DNA of 38,275 nt from the NCBI GenBank assembly GCA_000934665.2, contig KZ538208.1, positions 62,001 through 100,275 of the forward strand. Reading direction: 5' to 3'. Made by a program: the position numbers and the translations under genes. This document shows positions 35,301 to 38,275 of the stretch, piece after piece. A model generated the notes under the pieces. The model was not told the DNA's origin, made no database searches, and saw nothing but the letters and a program-made list of their open reading frames with translations. The DNA comes from Catajapyx aquilonaris. Taxonomy: Eukaryota. Numbering within the stretch: position 1 is the stretch's first letter; every line of letters starts with the position of its first letter.

Positions 35301-38275
35301 GGAACAAAACGGGTAATTCCCGGAATTTCCAGCAGTCAGTACTTTGGAGTCTGTCGGACACAGGCCTGACCTTGCCGATTAGGAAATTATCCCTGGGGGC
35401 AACGGGCCGGGGTATCTTGGCTCGCCGCCTCATTTGCATTCTGTATGGGAGGAAGAGCATCTCCAGGATTCAATTTCCGGCCGGCTCTTTGGTTTTGGAA
35501 GGCAGCGATGGGAAGATGTCTTTGTTATTCCCGGGGACTTGCCCACTACTCCCGGGGACTTGCGCCGAGTTATTGTTTTGCTTGCCAGATAACGGGGTCT
35601 GCACAAGTCGTGTTTGGGGGGGCAAAGGAGGTGTGCAAAAACGTAAATACGGGGATTTCTAAGGGGAAGCTGAGTGATTGGATGTACCGGAGCCTATAGC
35701 TACTTCTTAGAACTTTTTACATGTCACTAAAACCAAAATAATTAATCACTGTCATATCTCTATAAAAGGGGTAGCCTATCCAGCGATGTAGGAGTACCAA
35801 CTTCAATGACAAAAATTAACTTAAAATTATTTATTTAGCAATTTTTGAACAAATTTTAATTTTGTTGAATTGATCAATTCTTGAACAATTATTTTTAAAA
35901 TTTTTATACAGTATTTATCAATTTTTGAAATCTGTATTTGTATTAATTATTCAATGAAATAAATATTGTAACTATTTACTGTTATATAACTATTTCAGTA
36001 GCATCAGTCACTGCAAGTGCTTGTTTAGTGACTTACTTTCCAGCATTAGTTGGGTTGTGGACTCTAGATGGATGAATAAGTGGTTTTCCAGCGAAGTCTC
36101 AAAGTTAGTGTAAATTGGGTATGACTCATATTGAATGGTGCAGTGTGTGCATTCATTCACTTACTGACAAGGCGTGGTTTGGCATACTCGTTAGTGACTG
36201 AATGGACCATGGCTGCGGGCTCAAATAATATCGGTCACCTCTGAAACTTGACCCGTTTTGCCTTTTTGCATTGAGCGATTTTCGGGCTCGCTATTGTTGC
36301 ATAAAACAAGTTTTGTTGCGCATGCTGCATTTTTTAAAAAACCGCATTGTAAACATCGATTGTGTGGCACATTTGTTGTCAATTTTTTTTGTATTGTTCA
36401 CAACAAAACTTTTTGTAACCCGCATATGCTGCTCAGAATTCAACAAAATTTGGATTCAACGCCGTGTGTATATGGTAAATATTTTTGAAGTGTCATATGA
36501 CGTCAGTGCCATAACAACTGTGATGTCATCTGCAACTGTACATTATGTATGCAGGCAGTACATGCATTGACCTTCTGTACAGAGGGTAACGTAACTCGTT
36601 TTATGTTGTGTCTAGATGGTAAATTACTTTGAAGTGAATAGCGTATATGCCGCACTTTGTACACGAAGATCGAACATAACCGAGATTGATGCCGTATGTT
36701 CCTGACAGAGAGTATTGATAAGGCCGACTCCTGACACTGATGTGTAAAGGCGGTTTACAGCCAGTTAAAGGGGAGTGGAGAGATACAACATTGATAAACC
36801 TGTAACTGCTACTATACAGGAATCGGCTAATCATCCAGATAACTATCCACTTCAGATATATACACGGCGTAATATTCGCACTTATTCCGGAAGATGCTTC
36901 CACTCCGGGTAAATCCGGGCTTGGCTCCTCAATTTGGCAGCTGTCCCGGCCCTGCAAGTCAATACCACCGGAGCTGGCCTGGTGGTCATCGGTAGCCATC
37001 GTCGACCAACCAATCACAACAGCCGGTCCTCGTAACATTTTGCGGTCATGTCCAACGCGTCTGGACCTAACCCGGATTACAACCCACGTGCTTTGCTCGT
37101 AATGGGAGACCCGTTTATTATCTGCCGTTATGCAAAGAAGACGCCATAAGATGTTTATGGGCATGGCGCATTATTAGTAACATAGATATTAACGCGAATC
37201 TGAGACAATTTTGTCCATAATTCGAGTCGCCACAATCATATATACGGTACCCTGTATAGGTCTGACGATCCTTTTCGATAAAGAAGAGGTGTTCCCTCGA
37301 CGCTCTCCCGGTTTCCCTCCAATAGCTCAAGTGCTGCTCTTAATTGTCTATCTGGATGCGAAAACGGTTTTCCGGGGCTCCGGATCGCGGCGATGAATGC
37401 AACCCCAAAGGAATACATTTCCAGCCCCCTTTTTAATGGAGTCGTTTCTAAGGAAGAGAGCCTCCCAAGTCTCTCGCGGGGATTTCGCCAAGAGAAGAGG
37501 ATCTCTTTTTACTACGATCACTATACACGTACGGGTTTGAACCGAATTGGGGGTATATCCGAACTGGGGTAAGTCCGAACATGTACTAATATCGTTCAAA
37601 AAAAAAATAGAGACATTGCATTGAAACCAAAGATTAATATGGAAGTACTGTACAGTGTATGTCTCATATACAAAAACAGGGCATCACCGCACTTGTTATG
37701 AAAACCCTCGGTTATCCCGGATTAATTGGCAGTAAATTGGCCCGTTTTAAGACGTGGTAATGCAGCAGGTGGTGGAAATGATGAGGCGCGGAGAAGGTGG
37801 CGATGAGCAAACGGCCGATTATTTCAGCAGGCTTTTCGGCTGGAAAGCTCCCCACGAGAGAGCTAGAGAGTTGGGGAGGTTGTGAGGGAGACTGGGAGAG
37901 ATGGAGCCTTGAGGGAGTGGGGGGGTTTCCGTGGTTGAATTTTGCACTTGGTGGGCTTGAAGCTGTTTTCTCTCCAGGGTGTTGCAAACCGGGTTTAAAT
38001 GTAATGACCTCGTTGTTTCATTGCTAGTACTTGGAGGATTGGGTGTCTTTTTTTGATACATTTTTTTTTGCTAAAAATTGCGATTTGAAGAAAATTGCGA
38101 GCTGCGACCGCCAACTGGTGCAGAGAGGTCTGTCCGCGGCGATATTGATTTCCGGTCATCCGGAGCTGTGGGCTGACAGGATGGGGCGCGGAATATTCGC
38201 GCCCCGTCGCCCCCACCCTGCCATACCCCACCCTGAAGCACTTTTTTTTTTTTGCCTTCACATATCCCCTCCCAG

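Noticed and set aside
35530..35563. Duplicated CCCGGGGACTTGC 21 bp apart
   Set aside because: A simple two-copy micro-duplication with no further structure.
11527..38261. Numerous 60-165 aa ORFs in the right-hand two-thirds
   Set aside because: They show no recognisable domains, many start at non-ATG codons or are driven by homopolymers, and they overlap on both strands, as expected for non-coding DNA.

Overview
Eukaryotic (arthropod, probably hexapod) genomic DNA with short GT-AG introns, mostly 60-110 nt. The first 11.4 kb is gene-dense. It holds three tandem minus-strand gustatory receptor (7tm_7-type) paralogs: one runs off the left edge, one is intact, and one is frameshifted by an 8-bp tandem duplication. 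These are followed by a plus-strand CYP2-clan cytochrome P450 (CYP15/303/305-like) and a plus-strand PGAP2-like (Frag1/DRAM/Sfk1 family) gene. The remaining ~27 kb has no protein-coding sequence I can recognise. It looks like the promoter, non-coding first exon and long 5' introns of a large plus-strand gene whose coding exons lie beyond the right edge; the window ends exactly on a polypyrimidine-CAG acceptor-like sequence. This region also contains several tandem repeats, including two related 60-bp arrays. I found no convincing novel multi-gene system; the findings are local structural observations.
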